Of a stretch of DNA of 64,000 nucleotides, positions 46,704 to 61,562 are shown in pieces. Each line of letters begins with the position of its first letter. Within the stretch, counting starts at the first letter, position 1. The stretch is from the human T2T-CHM13v2.0 reference genome, Homo sapiens, in assembly GCF_009914755.1 (NCBI RefSeq), contig NC_060925.1. One strand, 5' to 3'. The notes under the pieces are model-generated. The model was not told the DNA's origin, ran no database searches, and was given only the letters and a program-made list of their open reading frames with translations. The position numbers were made by a program, and so were the translations under genes.

Positions 46704-46959
46704 ATATCAAATGAAGAGTAACCTGCTGAGAAAATAACAGAATTAAGGAAATAACTAAAAATCTGTGCTCCAAGTATGGCCAGGTATATCTCTAGTGGAT
46801 GGGGCTGGAGGAGATTATGAGATTAGTTACTTTAATCCCTAGTTAAATAGGGAAGAAACCAAGGCAAAGAGAGAGCTCATTGCTTTTCAAGGTAGCAAGG
46901 TAGCAGAGTCTGGTTTTAACTCAGGCTTCCAAAATCATAGCCCAGTAATCTTTATTTAC

Positions 46960-47306
46960 TGAAGTGATCCAGAATCTTTTATGTGAAACTCATAGGGCCA
47001 CGTGTGTTTATTTTTTAATTTTTACTTCTTCCAGTGGCCAGTTACTAGAGCATATTTATTTATAACATATATACTATAAACAAAAAAACCCTCAACAGCC
47101 TATGAGACAACACACTGTCATTAAACACAATCATACCCTTACAATGAAACATGAATATCCACACTAAGCAGGATAAACAAAAACGCCAAGTAACCAATTA
47201 TTAGTTTAGGTAAGAATTTTGCTACCACAAATGACTAAAAAAAAGTTTTTTTGGTGTTCAGTTTTCTGAATTTTCAGAATTGCAGATAATGGGTTGTGGT
47301 CATATA
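46960..47306. mobile_element. TcMar-Tigger remnant (MER46C-like)
   Basis: Ends gaattttcagaattgcagataatgggttgtggtcata. Confidence 0.45.
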
Positions 47307-47386
47307 TGGCTATACTTTTATGAGAAGAAAAAGAAAAAATCCTCAAGCATTTTCAAGGAGTGCATCCATTGTGTAATGGTTAAGAG

Positions 47387-47531
47387 CAGTTCAAACATCT
47401 GCAGGTTTTATTAAAGACATTTCTGATTCAGGAGGTCAAGGTGAAGCCTGAGAATTTTTACTTCCACTTCTGACCAGTTCCCAGGTGATGCTGATGCTGT
47501 AGGCCCAGGGACCACACTTTGAGAACCACTG
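47387..47531 (-). mobile_element. MER5A inserted in a MIR
   Basis: cagtggttctcaaagtgtggtccc on the minus strand; 8-bp TSD gttaagag. Confidence 0.82.
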
Positions 47532-47599
47532 GTTAAGAGAATGAGCTTTGCACTAATGGGCCTGGGTTCAAGTCCACCTTTTCTTAGTTGTTTGGTTTC

Positions 47600-49035
47600 A
47601 GGCAAATTACACAATTTCTGCTGGGAAATACATGATAATGTTATTGAGGATCCTTTGTACGTGGCAGGCTACTTTACTGCTTTCAAGATTCTCTCTTTGT
47701 CATTGGCTTTTGACAGTCTAACTTGGTGTGGGTCTTTGAGGTTTATCTCAGATTTCTTTGAGCTTCTTGCATTTGTACATTTATGTCTTTCCTCAAATTG
47801 GGGGTATTTTCTGTCATTGTTTCTTCAAATAATCTCTCTGGACTCTTTCTCTCTTCTTCTGGAACTCTCATAATGCATATGTAGGTCCACTTGATGGGAT
47901 CCTGCAAGTTCCTTAGGCTCTGTTCATTTTTTTGTTATTCTCTTTTCTTTTTATTCCTCAGACTCAATGATTTTAAATGACCTTTTTCAAATTCACAGAT
48001 TCTTTCTTCTGTCTATTCAAGACTGCTGTTGCATCTCTGGTGAATTTTTGAAATCACTTATTGTGTTCTTCTGTCCAGAATTTCTATTTGACTTTTATAA
48101 TTTCTACTTTTTTTATATTCTCATTTTACTCATACATTCTTTTCTTGATTTCCTTTAGCTCTTTAAGTGTATTTAAGAGAGTGGTTTTAAAGTCTTTGTC
48201 TAGTAAGTCTGATGGTTGTGTTTCTTCAAGCTTTTGAAGATTTATTTTGTTCCTTTGAACAGGCCAGATTTTTTTTTTTTAATTTTAATGTCTTGCGATC
48301 TTTTGTTGAAAATTGGGCATTTGAAAAAAATAGCCACCTCTCCCAGTCTTTGAAGACTGACTCTAAGCAGAGGAAGACCTTCACTAATAGGCCCTCTGTG
48401 AAGGCCTTTTCTAGCCACGTATCTTCCTTGGACCTGTGTGCACGCTTTTTTCTGATTCCCTCATATACACAGCTGGTTAATGTCTCAATTTCTCTAATAG
48501 TCTCGCCTTTGCTTCTTCTTGGGGTCTCACCTGTTCTATTGTATTGCTCAAAGATCTCTTGCCCCAGATATCTGTGGGTCTATAAAACCCTTGTGATTTT
48601 CACAAGCCATGCCTGCTTCTTCTCCTATCTTCCTCTAGCCTGAAATCCAAACTGTGCCACTTTTAGCTGTCTGAGCTCCTAGTTAAGCAACGCAGAGGTC
48701 AATCTCCCAGGCTTCTGTCATACAGGGTAGAACATTGCAAATATGGTCTAAATCTCTCCAATTTGCAGAAGGAAATTGGGCAGCAGGCCATCACATCCCC
48801 CAGACTGCCATGCTGCCTTGGGGCAGGGTGGGGCAAGGGTGAGTAAAAATGCAATAAAATTTCCTGCCATGTTTAATGTGGATTTTTCTTAGTTGGGTAT
48901 TTGCTTTGTTCTTATAAATTTTTGACTGATTCCCAGAGCTTCTATAAAATTGTTTAATCAGTCTCTTATTTAACATTTCCTTGGGAAAACAAGGACCTAA
49001 AACTTCCTAGTCTGCCATCTTCCTGATGTCCTCAT
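47600..49035 (-). mobile_element. Old L1M 5' region (ORF1/5'UTR) inserted in the same MIR
   Basis: ctgctttcaagattctctctttgtcattggcttttgacagt ... ttttaaagtctttgtctagtaagtc ... ctgccatctt. Confidence 0.72.
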
Positions 49036-52000
49036 CACATATCTTCTTAAGCTTCTTCCTTATCGTACCCACTACACAGGGTTTTCCAGATGATTAAATG
49101 AGACAATGTACATAAAGGATTTAGCACAGACTTTGCATGTAGGAAAATCTCAATAAACTTTGGCCACTATCATAAAAATAGTACAATTGCAGAGTATAAA
49201 TTTAGTTCCTTATCTTTCTTATCTCCGTCAGGAGTCTTCAATGCATGTGGCACAATGCTGCCTTAATTATGCTTTAATCACAAACTTTTCCTTCCCCAAC
49301 ACACCCACAAATATCAGTTGCCTGATCTATGCTATGCCCATCTTCCTCTGCAGTGCTATTGTGTATCTCTCATCCATAAAGGGTATATGTTACTTAACAT
49401 ATGAGATAGATCTTTTGCTCTCATGTTTTGTTTTCCTAAGTCATGCTTGTTCACAACTTTTAAGAGCAGTTTCTGTTCTCATTACCTATCTAAGGTCTAA
49501 TGAAGTTTTTATTCTAGTGGCATTATGAGAAAGTTACACATAAGACTTAAGTCTTACCTTTAATATAGGCCTGTCCAGGCTTAATGTGAATATACTCATG
49601 CTTGATAAAATAATAGAGGAGTAAAGGCACCTTTTTCTCTCCTTGAAGCTATCTCCTACTTCTCAAATAACCCATGTCCATTGTGTGCCTCCTTCATTTC
49701 CCACATTTTGGTCAAATGCTGAGCCTAGTTCTACCTTTTCCAACAAAAAATCTTCCTTTACTTTTTGCCTATCTTCCATTTTGATGAACAAATACAATGC
49801 CTTTTTTGTTTGTTTGTTTCTGTTTTTATAGAGAATGTGCTTCATTGGTCATTGGTCTTGCACTAGGGAACACGCTGCTAAGTCAATGAGCTGCAGTGCT
49901 GGGTGCAACAGCATCAGCCATTGCAGGGTTTTCAAGGTGAATATCACCTTGAGATAACAGAACTTGGCAGCAAGAGATGACAGTGAAGGTCATAGTAGAG
50001 CAGTTATCTGAGCCAGACATCAAAGGCGTTTTTCCTAGACTTAGTGGTCACTTTAGTGGTCACCTGAGAAGCAACTAGCAAGAGAATCCAGGAACATTAG
50101 TCTCGTGGTCAAGGTTATTGGTATTGCTGAAAGAAATTTCCCAACCTCGAGAAGGTTGGCTGATCACTCAACCAGATCCTTACCAGTGGCTAAGCCTTGG
50201 TGAATCCATCACCTCAAGGTCAAGTTTTCAGACGTGATGATGGCTCAGAAACCTGATTTGATCAGCATGCTGAAATTGGGATGTGAAACTGCATTAATCA
50301 AGCTTAAAGAGATACAAGCCAGATGGCTTTGCATTAATCTACCACAGCCAAGAATGCACAAGTAGGTCTGGCCAGCATCTATCCTCACTGTTGACAAGCT
50401 GCTTGAAACCTCAGTGATCCAACATCTTGTGTAAGAATGGAGTCAGCACAAAGGGAAGATCATTGGTCTTCAGAAGTGTTTCTGATCTAAGGTAGCTTGA
50501 ATCACCTCACCTATTACAGGAACAAACTTGCCCAAGTGTCCTCTAGTTCCCTCCAGGAAAACTCCTTCTCTCCGAACTAGGGCTTGCCTTTGTGCCTCTA
50601 TGTGTTTCCATGGCAGACTAACTCTCTTCCTATCCCTTCTTTCTCTTTTCTTCTTTTCCCTCCAAATAAGATACCATTTCCCATTTCAAATTCTAATCAT
50701 GGAATAGCTCTGCTTTTCTGAAAGTATACCCATATCACCTTGACTGGAGTATTGGGTGCCTCTAAAGTATTCAGGTATATATTTAAAGATGGATCTCCTG
50801 ACTCTCTCCCACAGATGGCTCCTGATTTTAATTGTTTTACTAATTTAACTCTGATCACAAGCTTTTTTTTTTTCTAAGTTGGAGTGGAGGCTTTGTTAGC
50901 CCCTATTGTATGCCAACTGATAGAAAGCTGCATTTTTACATAGAATCATTTTAAAAATCTAACAATGAATTGTCACTGCAGCCTAAAATGCTTCCTAATT
51001 TCTGTAAATGAAATACAACACATAGAAGAGCTGTGCATTTTCCTTATTGTGTTCCCACACCATTTGGCCAAGCAGTTACTCACTTGAGGATTTCCGTATT
51101 CTAACACACAGCCAGACTTGCCCCACTGCTGTGGATGACTAAAAACTCCTGGGATGGTGTTTTTCTCTGGCTCTGTCAGATGTTTAGCCTCTGCAGTGGG
51201 GAATTTATGCTGTCATGGCTTTTAACAGAGAAAACAAACACTATAAGGTAGGCACCAAAACTTAACTAATTAATCAACACCAGATGATTCAAATAAAAAT
51301 AAAAACCTACTGGAAATTAAGACACTTTAAATTCCTTTTGGAAATACATGGAGTCTAAATCAATAAACAATACCGGAAAGGACATTTGCCTAAATATGCA
51401 AGAAATTATAAATTTCTTGGTAGATATATTTAGTGTGTCAACAAACATTTATTGAGTACCTACAATGATTTAAAACCTATGCTAGACGTTCGGGAAATAC
51501 AGAAGAAAAATGCCCTTCTACCCTTCAGGCTTACTCACTTACCTTGCCTGGGGAAGAGTCTTCAACATCCTCGGCAGCTCTAGGATTCAATATTTATATT
51601 ATTGAATTGAAATAATAATGCAGTTCCAGTGGGTATTGAGATCCTCAAGTCCTCAACGGCAGTTGCCTTGACAACTTACTGGAGGATAACTTTTTTTTTT
51701 AAGAAAAGGGATCTTGCTACATTGTCTAGACTGCATTTGGACTTCTGAGCTCAAGCAGTCCTCCCAGGTAGCTGGGACTACAGGCATATGCCACCATGCC
51801 CCACTCCTTTACTTTTTTGATGCTCTCTGCTGCATTCTGGTTGGGTTATGATGGCATAAAGCACAAGATTTGAATCAGAGATCTGCTTTAAGACTCCACT
51901 TACCTCGGGAAAATTAGTTTGATAAGACAGCCTCAGTTCTTTGTATATAGGAATTCAACATACACTTAATAGGGTTGAAGTGAAAAGTATAACCAGTGGC

Positions 52001-52669
52001 TTGGGTCCTGAAGTCAAATGGGCCTGGGCTTGAATCCTCGGTCAGTCATTCTCTACCATGGTGACCTTGCGTAAGTTACTTAAGTCCTCTATACCTGTTT
52101 CCTCGTGTGGAAAAAGGAGGGGAAATTGTATTCCACAGGATTTATGTAAGGAGTAAATGCCACAATAAATGTAAAGTGCTTAACACAGTGCTTAGCACAT
52201 GGTGATTATGTAATAAATGCCAGTTGTCATTAGTATTTGAGCATTAAATGATTTACTGTATTTTAAGCACAAAGCACGCATAAAATGAGTGCCCATTTTG
52301 GGGGCAGCAAATTTTGAGACGCCATTTTGTACCCAATAGAGCTTATAACAGAAACCTCAACAGTGGAGGGGCTCCTTCAGGAAACAGTGTGCTCTGTTAC
52401 TGGAGCACATTCTCTCCTGGCAGAGGGCCCTCCACTATTGCAGGCACCTTCATGGCTTTCGGTTGAGGCTGGAAGAACAGGTCTCCTGAACTGGGGAGAT
52501 GGTTATACGAGATATTTTTGAAACCTCTCTTCAACTTTTTCTCATTTTATGCCTTGTAATCATCTCTGGTTAGATGAATAATTAGATAATAATTCTATAT
52601 TAACATTGAGGTGATATATAAACTTTATTAATTATTGAATAATTTTAGATTATTTAACATTTAATAATT

Positions 52670-53410
<741 letters not shown>

Positions 53411-54704
53411 CACACATATGCATAACATTTAATAATTTTAAATTATCTAACACATTCACTTCATTTTTTTATAAAAGAACCTATAATTGGGAAATATTCA
53501 AGAATTTGTAAACACTTTTTCTCTAGAAAAATATAAGTCTCTTCCCTTTCCTACATCCCTAACGGTTACAAAGAGAAGTTCAAATTGAGGCAAGTTATCT
53601 TATCTCAGAATGAATGGTGATTTTCTTTTAAAACTCTATGTCCTATTACTTGTTCAATCTCTTGAAGCAAGAATCATGTTCTTTGTTAGTTCTGCTTCTG
53701 GTGGTAATATTATGAACTAGGTCAGAAGGTAGTTAAAAAAGAAATAGGTTCATAGCTAAGAATCTCATTTCAAAGGAAAAAAAAAAAAACCTGGCCATGT
53801 TCCATGTTCAAAATAAACTCTATTCTCTATTCCAGGGCATTCATGAGATTTCTGAGAAAAATGCCAGAGAAATGTTCCACAGAGAGGAAGAAGGGTTGAG
53901 AGCCTGTCAGCCTGACCAGGATGCCAGCCCTTTCAATGGGGGATCAGTGACAAGTCACTTTCCCTCTGCTCCTCAATGCCTCTGAATGCTACTGTTCATG
54001 GGACTGCAGTTCTGGGAACTTAGTACTGGGTACCTAGTCAAGGAGGCATAAAAAAGCTTTGCTTATATCGGTGCCTTTATCTGAGCTTGAAAGGGGAGAA
54101 GAGGTTTGGAATAGGAACATTGGAATATTTTTTAAAAGTGGCTCGCCTAAGAAGACAAACAAAAAGGGAGTAATAATGGCATTGTGTAGGACAAAATGAC
54201 GTGCCCTGGGGCTGTGAAGGAGAGTGTGAGTGTAGAAGAAAGGGCGGTGCTCAGACAGGCTGGGATTAAGACACTTCTTTGCCCAGGATAAAAAGAGGAC
54301 CAGAGGTGGGATGGCCTGCAGAGGGCATGTTCTTCTACAGAGCCAGCACCCTGAGTCCCGCCGTGTTCCTCCTGCGGGAGGGGAGGCCAGATTTGCTATT
54401 TTTCCGACTCCTCTGCTGTCACACCTGCCAAACGCTGCCAGTGGGCACTACCAGAACCTGGACACTCTTGGGCCAGCTGCCAGACAAGTGTGCTGACGGG
54501 AGAGAGAAGGAGAGCTCTGTGACCAGCAAGCCTCGACACTTCGTTAGGCCAACTGGTTTCTTAGTTTGCATCTTGGTTCCTGGAACCATCTCGTACCTTG
54601 TGAATCCCGACGTGGGATGTGGGATGCCTGCCAAAGGGAAATGTCAAGTGTGCTGGTCAAGAAAAAGGATTTTATAATTTTTTGGGGCTTTTGATTTTTT
54701 AATT

Positions 54705-54832
54705 TTTTTTTTTTTAATATGGGGTCTCTCACTATGTTGCCCAGGCCGTCCTTAACTCCTAGGCTCAAGTGATCCTCCTGCCTTGACGTCCCAAAGTGCT
54801 GGGATTACGGGCATGAGCCACTTCATCTAGGC
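54705..54832 (-). mobile_element. FLAM/Alu monomer
   Basis: Single arm with poly-T. Confidence 0.82.
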
Positions 54833-55481
54833 TATAACTTTTTTAAATTGTGGGAATGTTGCTTTTACTTCAAAAAGGGGGAACAAGAAGAGAAAAGGGA
54901 AGAAAGGGATGGAGAAAAGTAATACTTTATTTTAGCACAGAGGTAGGAGAGGCTAAATCATGAAATTACACCTAGTGTTGGGATGTTCTGGGGAAAGGGG
55001 TGGAGGCAAGTGACTCTGTCTTGCTGATTTCAGTCTCCCCTGATGTCACTGAGGGACTTGGACTATGAGCAGAATTGGGGCAGGAGGGGCTCCAGAGAAG
55101 CCCTCCTCGAACATGGGGGCTTCCAGCCTAACTTACAGTTCCCAGGGTTGTTTGTGGTTGTTTTTAAATATCATGGACCAGCAAAATTAAAGAAAAATAA
55201 CCTGAAGACAATACTGAATCACCCACTTTTTATTTTGCCAGGGAGAGAATCCCAGAGCTTCAATTATAACATTATCAACACAGTATCATTTTAACATCTC
55301 TCACCTTCATTGAAAAAACACACAACTGCATGATAAAAAGAGTCTAAGAAAGTTCAGCTGACCTCCAGACTGATTATTTGGAAAGATTATATATAGTCCC
55401 TATAAATAAATACTGATACTTACAAATACACATCCATAAGTGTATATGTGTGCATACAAATGATTGTGTGTGTATATACTA

Positions 55482-56178
55482 TGAAAGGAAAATAAATCTT
55501 GGGACCCCAAACTCTCTAAGGCAAAGGGGAAAGTTAAGCTGGGAACTGGGTCATGCAAATCTGCCCCCCAGTTTTGTTCCTAAATAAGACAGCTACAGAG
55601 ATGAAAGGGTATATACCTCCCTCACAATTTTCCCACAAGGGAATTCCTGGTTGGCCCCACAATCTTTACCCTAAAGCAGTTCTGGTGAATTTTACCCTGA
55701 CCGTGTAAATTCATCGTTAATCTTCTCAGGTATGGGACAAAGGACAGAACTGAAAAGTCATCTCTCCACTCACCCGAGACAAATGCCTATCTTACTGCCT
55801 CCTCTACCCTCTGTTAATTTTAGGTTATGTAATAATGCAGATTCACTGAGGACAAGTTGAATGCGTATGTGACTATTCCTCTACCCCCTCTCACATGTAA
55901 AATGTAGATTCAGAGAATGCTGATCCAAGACTAAAAAGGATGCAACCTCTTGCCACTTTTATCTACCACCCTTTAAAAAGATTTTTCTTCTTTCTCTTTC
56001 CCCCAATACCTGCTTTTTTCCCTTTAAATATTGAGGTCCTCAGATTCTCTTTGGAAAAAAGCACAGACCACAGATTTTTCCTATGATTTTGTGTTCTTTT
56101 GTCCTAGGCATGTCCTTAACCTTGGCAAATAAACCTCTTAAAATAATTGTGACTTGCCACGGTCATCTTTGATTTACA
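55482..56178 (+). mobile_element. MER4-type ERV1 solo LTR
   Basis: tgaaaggaaaataaatcttgggaccccaaactc ... gtccttaaccttggcaaataaacctc ... gatttaca. Confidence 0.82.
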
Positions 56179-56774
56179 ACACACATACACTGAGATGTAT
56201 GAATAGGTTTAAAATATAAATACAAAAAAATTAACATCCATTTATTGACGGTATTATATTGCAGGTGATTTTTTAGAAGTGGGTCAATTAGGGGTTTATG
56301 TTGAACAGTGCAACATGAAGTATAGCTCAAATATCTACTTGTAGACATTTTTCTGACCACATTTTAAATATAAGCTTATGCATAAGCCTCCTGATGAAAA
56401 TGGAAGCACTATGGTTAGCTGATGCCATGAAAGTGGTGGAGGCAGCCCGGCAGAGCTAGCTACATCTTCAGGAAAGGGGGTGCTGAAGGACACACTCTGC
56501 TTTCAGAGCCCTGCGGGGCTGCATCTGAAGAGTGGTTGCCCAGAGCAAGCAACTGAGAAGGCTGCTGCACACAGCAAAGCTTGGTCATGAGCCAGCTCTG
56601 CTTCTGGACCTGGAGTTTATGAACCAGTCACCAATAGAGCTGGAATGAGAAGATTGAGAAGTGTTGCAGAAAGTTCCAAGGTCTTCTGAGCCTTTGAGAC
56701 ATGATAATATGAAGAGGCAGAAGCCAACGTATCATAAGAAAAAAATAAATATACTTAGCATCAACCTCGGTGAC

Positions 56775-56950
56775 CAGTGGGAGTTCTCGTCCCTGGCATC
56801 CATTAGAATCACCTGGGGAGCTCAAAATCTAATAGCAGGTCCCACTCCCACAGGTTGGGATTTAATTGATTTGGGGTGGGGCCTGGGTAGCAATATTTTC
56901 TTTAAAGCTCTCCAAGTGATTCTAACATGCAGCTAACTTGAAAACCACTA
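56775..56950. mobile_element. MER5A-like
   Basis: cattagaatcacctggggagct ... aagctctccaagtgattctaa ... ttgaaaaccact. Confidence 0.75.
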
Positions 56951-57086
56951 CTTCAAAGACAGAAAAGGATGCAGGAAAAATTCCCTCTCATCAGAGGTTC
57001 TGAAACTGATTCCCAAATTCTCAAAATTCCCTCTCATCGGAGATCTGCTAACTATTTGCAGTAGGACAAAACATTCTACTATCAAC

Positions 57087-57940
<854 letters not shown>

Positions 57941-58570
57941 GTTGTGTAGGGATTCTCTTTTTTAACTGAAAACCTCACCATAGTTAAGAGGCAAAAAGAA
58001 ACCCTGCTCATCAAAACACCAATGAGATGGTACAATGTAAAGTAGCATTATGAAAGCCACAGGCATTAACACAACAAATGTCAACATTACAAAAATTCCA
58101 CAGACCATCTAGAAGCCACGAGCCCTTGGTTACCTTGGGAAGTGTCTGCATGTGTGATGGGTGGGGTTGGCGTGAAAGCTGGCTGAAGGCAGAGCCGGGG
58201 CTTCACAGCTTTGGAGCGTTGACTCCGCACCAGGCACTAGGCATACCATACATTCTTGGTATAAATGATCTCATCTAATGTACGTTTGTTCACTCTGCCT
58301 TGGCTGCACAGTCCTCCTGTTACTCATCAAATATGCCAGCCATGTCACCACTCTTCTTCCACCTGGAACCCTCTTCCCCAGATATCTACCTTTTTCAAGT
58401 CTTTGTCCAAAATCCACAGACTCTGTCAGGGCTGTCTGAATACCCGATTTAAAGATGCCCACAGTTGCTCTCTCTTCCTATTGGTTTCTTTGTGCTTGTG
58501 CTACACTTTCTTCTTTTCACAGCTTTTATCACTTTATAGCATCTGTCTTTTTATCAGCTATATATCTATG

Positions 58571-58929
58571 TGATATGGTTTGGTTCTGTGTCCCCACCCA
58601 AATCTCATTTTGAATTGTAATCCCCACTTGTCAGAGGTCTGGTGGGAGGTGACTGGATCATGGGGGTGGATTTCCCCTTGCTGTTCCCATGATAGTGAGT
58701 GAGTTCTCACAAGATCTGATAGTTTAAAAGTGTTATTTATATCCACTTCCTACTTCACTCTTTCTCTCCTGCTGCCATGTAAGACATGCCTTGCTTCCCC
58801 TTTGCCTTTCGCCACAAGTGTAAGTTTCCTGAGGTCTCCCCAGCCATGCAGAACTGTGAGTCAATTAAACTTCTTTTCTTTATAAACTACCCAGTCTCAG
58901 GTAGTTCTTTATAGCAGTGGACTAATACA
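58571..58929 (+). mobile_element. MST/THE1-type MaLR solo LTR inside an L2 fragment (~58280-59105)
   Basis: tgatatggtttggttctgtgtccccacccaaatctca ... cccagtctcaggtagttctttatagcag ... gactaataca. Confidence 0.88.
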
Positions 58930-60452
58930 TATGTATATATATGTGTGTATGTATGTATCTATTTATCTACCTATCTATATTACTGTTTATTATCTGTCTT
59001 CCCCATTAGACTCTGAGCTCCACAAGGGCAGACAGTCTCTCTCTCCCACTAGACAATGTCTAACCATGCCTGGCATTTAGTCAATAAATATTTGTTGAAT
59101 GAACAAAAATATGTACTAAGACTACAATAAATTATTATTGTTATAATTATTTAACATAAATCTTCACGAAAAAAGAAATGCTTTATTCTTTAATTAAAAG
59201 AAAACAAAACAGATAAAGGAAGAAACTGAAAATAGAGACAAGGGGAAAAAAAAGAAAACTCCAGGCGGCCGTTGCTGATATTTGTATCATAAAATTATGA
59301 GCTTTGTGATTAATGGAAATATAAAAGTCACATGTGTGGCTCGTAAAACTGAGGCTGGGTGATTTATATCCTCAGTTATTTTCATTACCCTCCCTTTAGG
59401 TAACTGTTTTTTTTGTAGTTTCCAAAGTTGACACCTGATAGTCACTTTCCTCAATTTATCAATAGGAATCTGACATCCCAAAGGCTAATGTCTTGATTTT
59501 AAAACAGAAATCCCTTCCAAGAATTGCTCCCAAAATACATGCAGGTTGTTCCACTGCCTTGAAGAGTGAATACGCCTCTCTAATATTTATCAGGAGTTAT
59601 TCTGAAAATAAAGGGAATACAACAAATCACTCCAGTCCCTTTTGCTGACAATGCCTGCAGCCTTTCTCCAGTTCCCGAGCTGCATAGGAACTGCTGCCCC
59701 CATTCAGAATTCTGCACACAAGCCTGTAATCTCTAAAACTCTTACTCAGCAGGAAAGCACATTTAAACATTTTATTTTTGCTCCCAGTGTAATAATAGAA
59801 AAAAATTTTATATTTTTACAAGATTTTCACTCTTCTAGTACTAAAATGTTTAAATGGACTCTGCATAGAGGATCAGAGGTTTCCCAGATGGTCAGAAGAT
59901 GATTATGGCAGGCAAGGAAGAAGCAGAAAAGTCATACATGACTTGATAAAACAAGAAATAAAGTTACCAAATGTAGTGTGTTCAAGGCAGGAGACTGTGA
60001 AATCATTATATTTTCAAAAAAGAGAGAGTAAGTACATCCCTGTAGAGTCAGATCTTTGCAGTTAAGCATCAAAATCTTTAACTTCACCAGATGCATAAAA
60101 TGGAAAATACAATTTTGACACAGAGAGAAGGAAACACAACCAATTTCAGTTTTACCCTCCCCTTCACAACAAAGCAATTTGTTGTAAATGCATTTAAAGA
60201 GGCACCCTTCACCACTACTTTCAGGCAAATGACAGCCGGTTAAAATGTAAAAAGAGCTTTCAGTCCAAATCCAAAATAAGGAATAAATCCAGATAATGTC
60301 ACCTCATGTGAGTAAAAAGCAAGATGATTTCTTTAGAATGAACAAAGGCAGTACAGAATTTCCATTAAAAAACGAATTTGCACGCTAAGCAAAAGTGATT
60401 TCAATTACTTTTTGCTAAAAACAAAGTAAGTTTGTAAAGTGCATACTTTGCG

Positions 60453-61171
60453 TGAAATCACCTTTGCAAAAATTGTGACAGCGAAAGAAATATGACCTAA
60501 CCGACTCTATCTTGCTTCCAATCTCCAAGCTGCCCTGTTCTTTCCTGGGTGTAGGTTGAACTAAGTTTGGAAGAAATTTAGTTTATAGTTTAACTTTGAA
60601 GTAAACATGATAATAGCCCCTCCCTAAAACAAACCTCCTCTTTGCTTGAGGACCACACCTCCCTTTTAAAACTAACAAATCATCCACAAGATTAAGAATT
60701 ATGGCTCAGGAGTCAGGCAGCCAGAGGCCAAAAGATTCCTAACATCTCCAATTGCTCCCATAGATAATATTACTACTATAAAACCTAAGATTGATGTTTG
60801 AGTATTTTTTAGAGTCTGCATTCTGATGGACCAGCTGGCCCCACCCAGACCAGTTAACTGGCTGATCAGGTCTTGTGGCCACCACCCAGGAACTGACTCA
60901 GCCCAAGAGGACAGCTTCAACTCCCTGTGATTTCATCCTTGACCCAAACCAATCATCATTCCCCATTCCCTAGGCTCCTGCCTGCCTAAATATCTTTCAA
61001 CAACCGTAGCCTCTGAATTTTAGAGAAGCTGATTTGAGTAATAGCAAAACTCTGGTCTCCTGTTTAGCCAACTCTATGTGTATTAAACTCTTTCTCTATG
61101 GCAATTCCCGCGTCTCAATAAATTGGCTCTATCTGGGTAGGAGGCGAGAAGAACCCACGGGGTGGTTACCA
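60453..61171 (+). mobile_element. LTR8-type ERV1 solo LTR
   Basis: tgaaatcacctttgcaaaaattgtgac ... ctaaccgactctatcttgcttc ... gctgatttgagtaatagcaaaactc. Confidence 0.82.
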
Positions 61172-61402
61172 GTGCTGTGAAATGTGTACTGAGCATAAGG
61201 CTAGAAAACATCCTACACCTCCAGAAAGTGGTCCTATGTCATCCATAAAAGTAAGCACGAACTCTAGTTTATTATTTTCCAATCTTACTACATTCTAAAA
61301 TAACTATTTATACACCAATGTGCTGTAACTGTAAAGCAGGGATCTAAATGATGGTGACTGGGCTGACTCCATAGGTAAGGGTGTTAAGCCTGCATGGCGA
61401 GA

Positions 61403-61562
61403 TATATATATATAGGGAGAGAGAGGGAGAGAGAGAGAGTGGGGGTTGTGGGGGGAGAGCGAGAGAAAGGGGTGGGGGGGAGAGAGAGATTGGGAGAGAG
61501 GGACAGAGAGAGTAGGGGGGAGAGAAGGTGGAGAGAAGAAAGAGAGAGAGAGTCAGAGAGAG
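61403..61562. repeat. (TA)n plus polypurine GA/G-rich tract abutting a partial minus-strand Alu (61565-61640)
   Basis: Directly visible. Confidence 0.9.
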
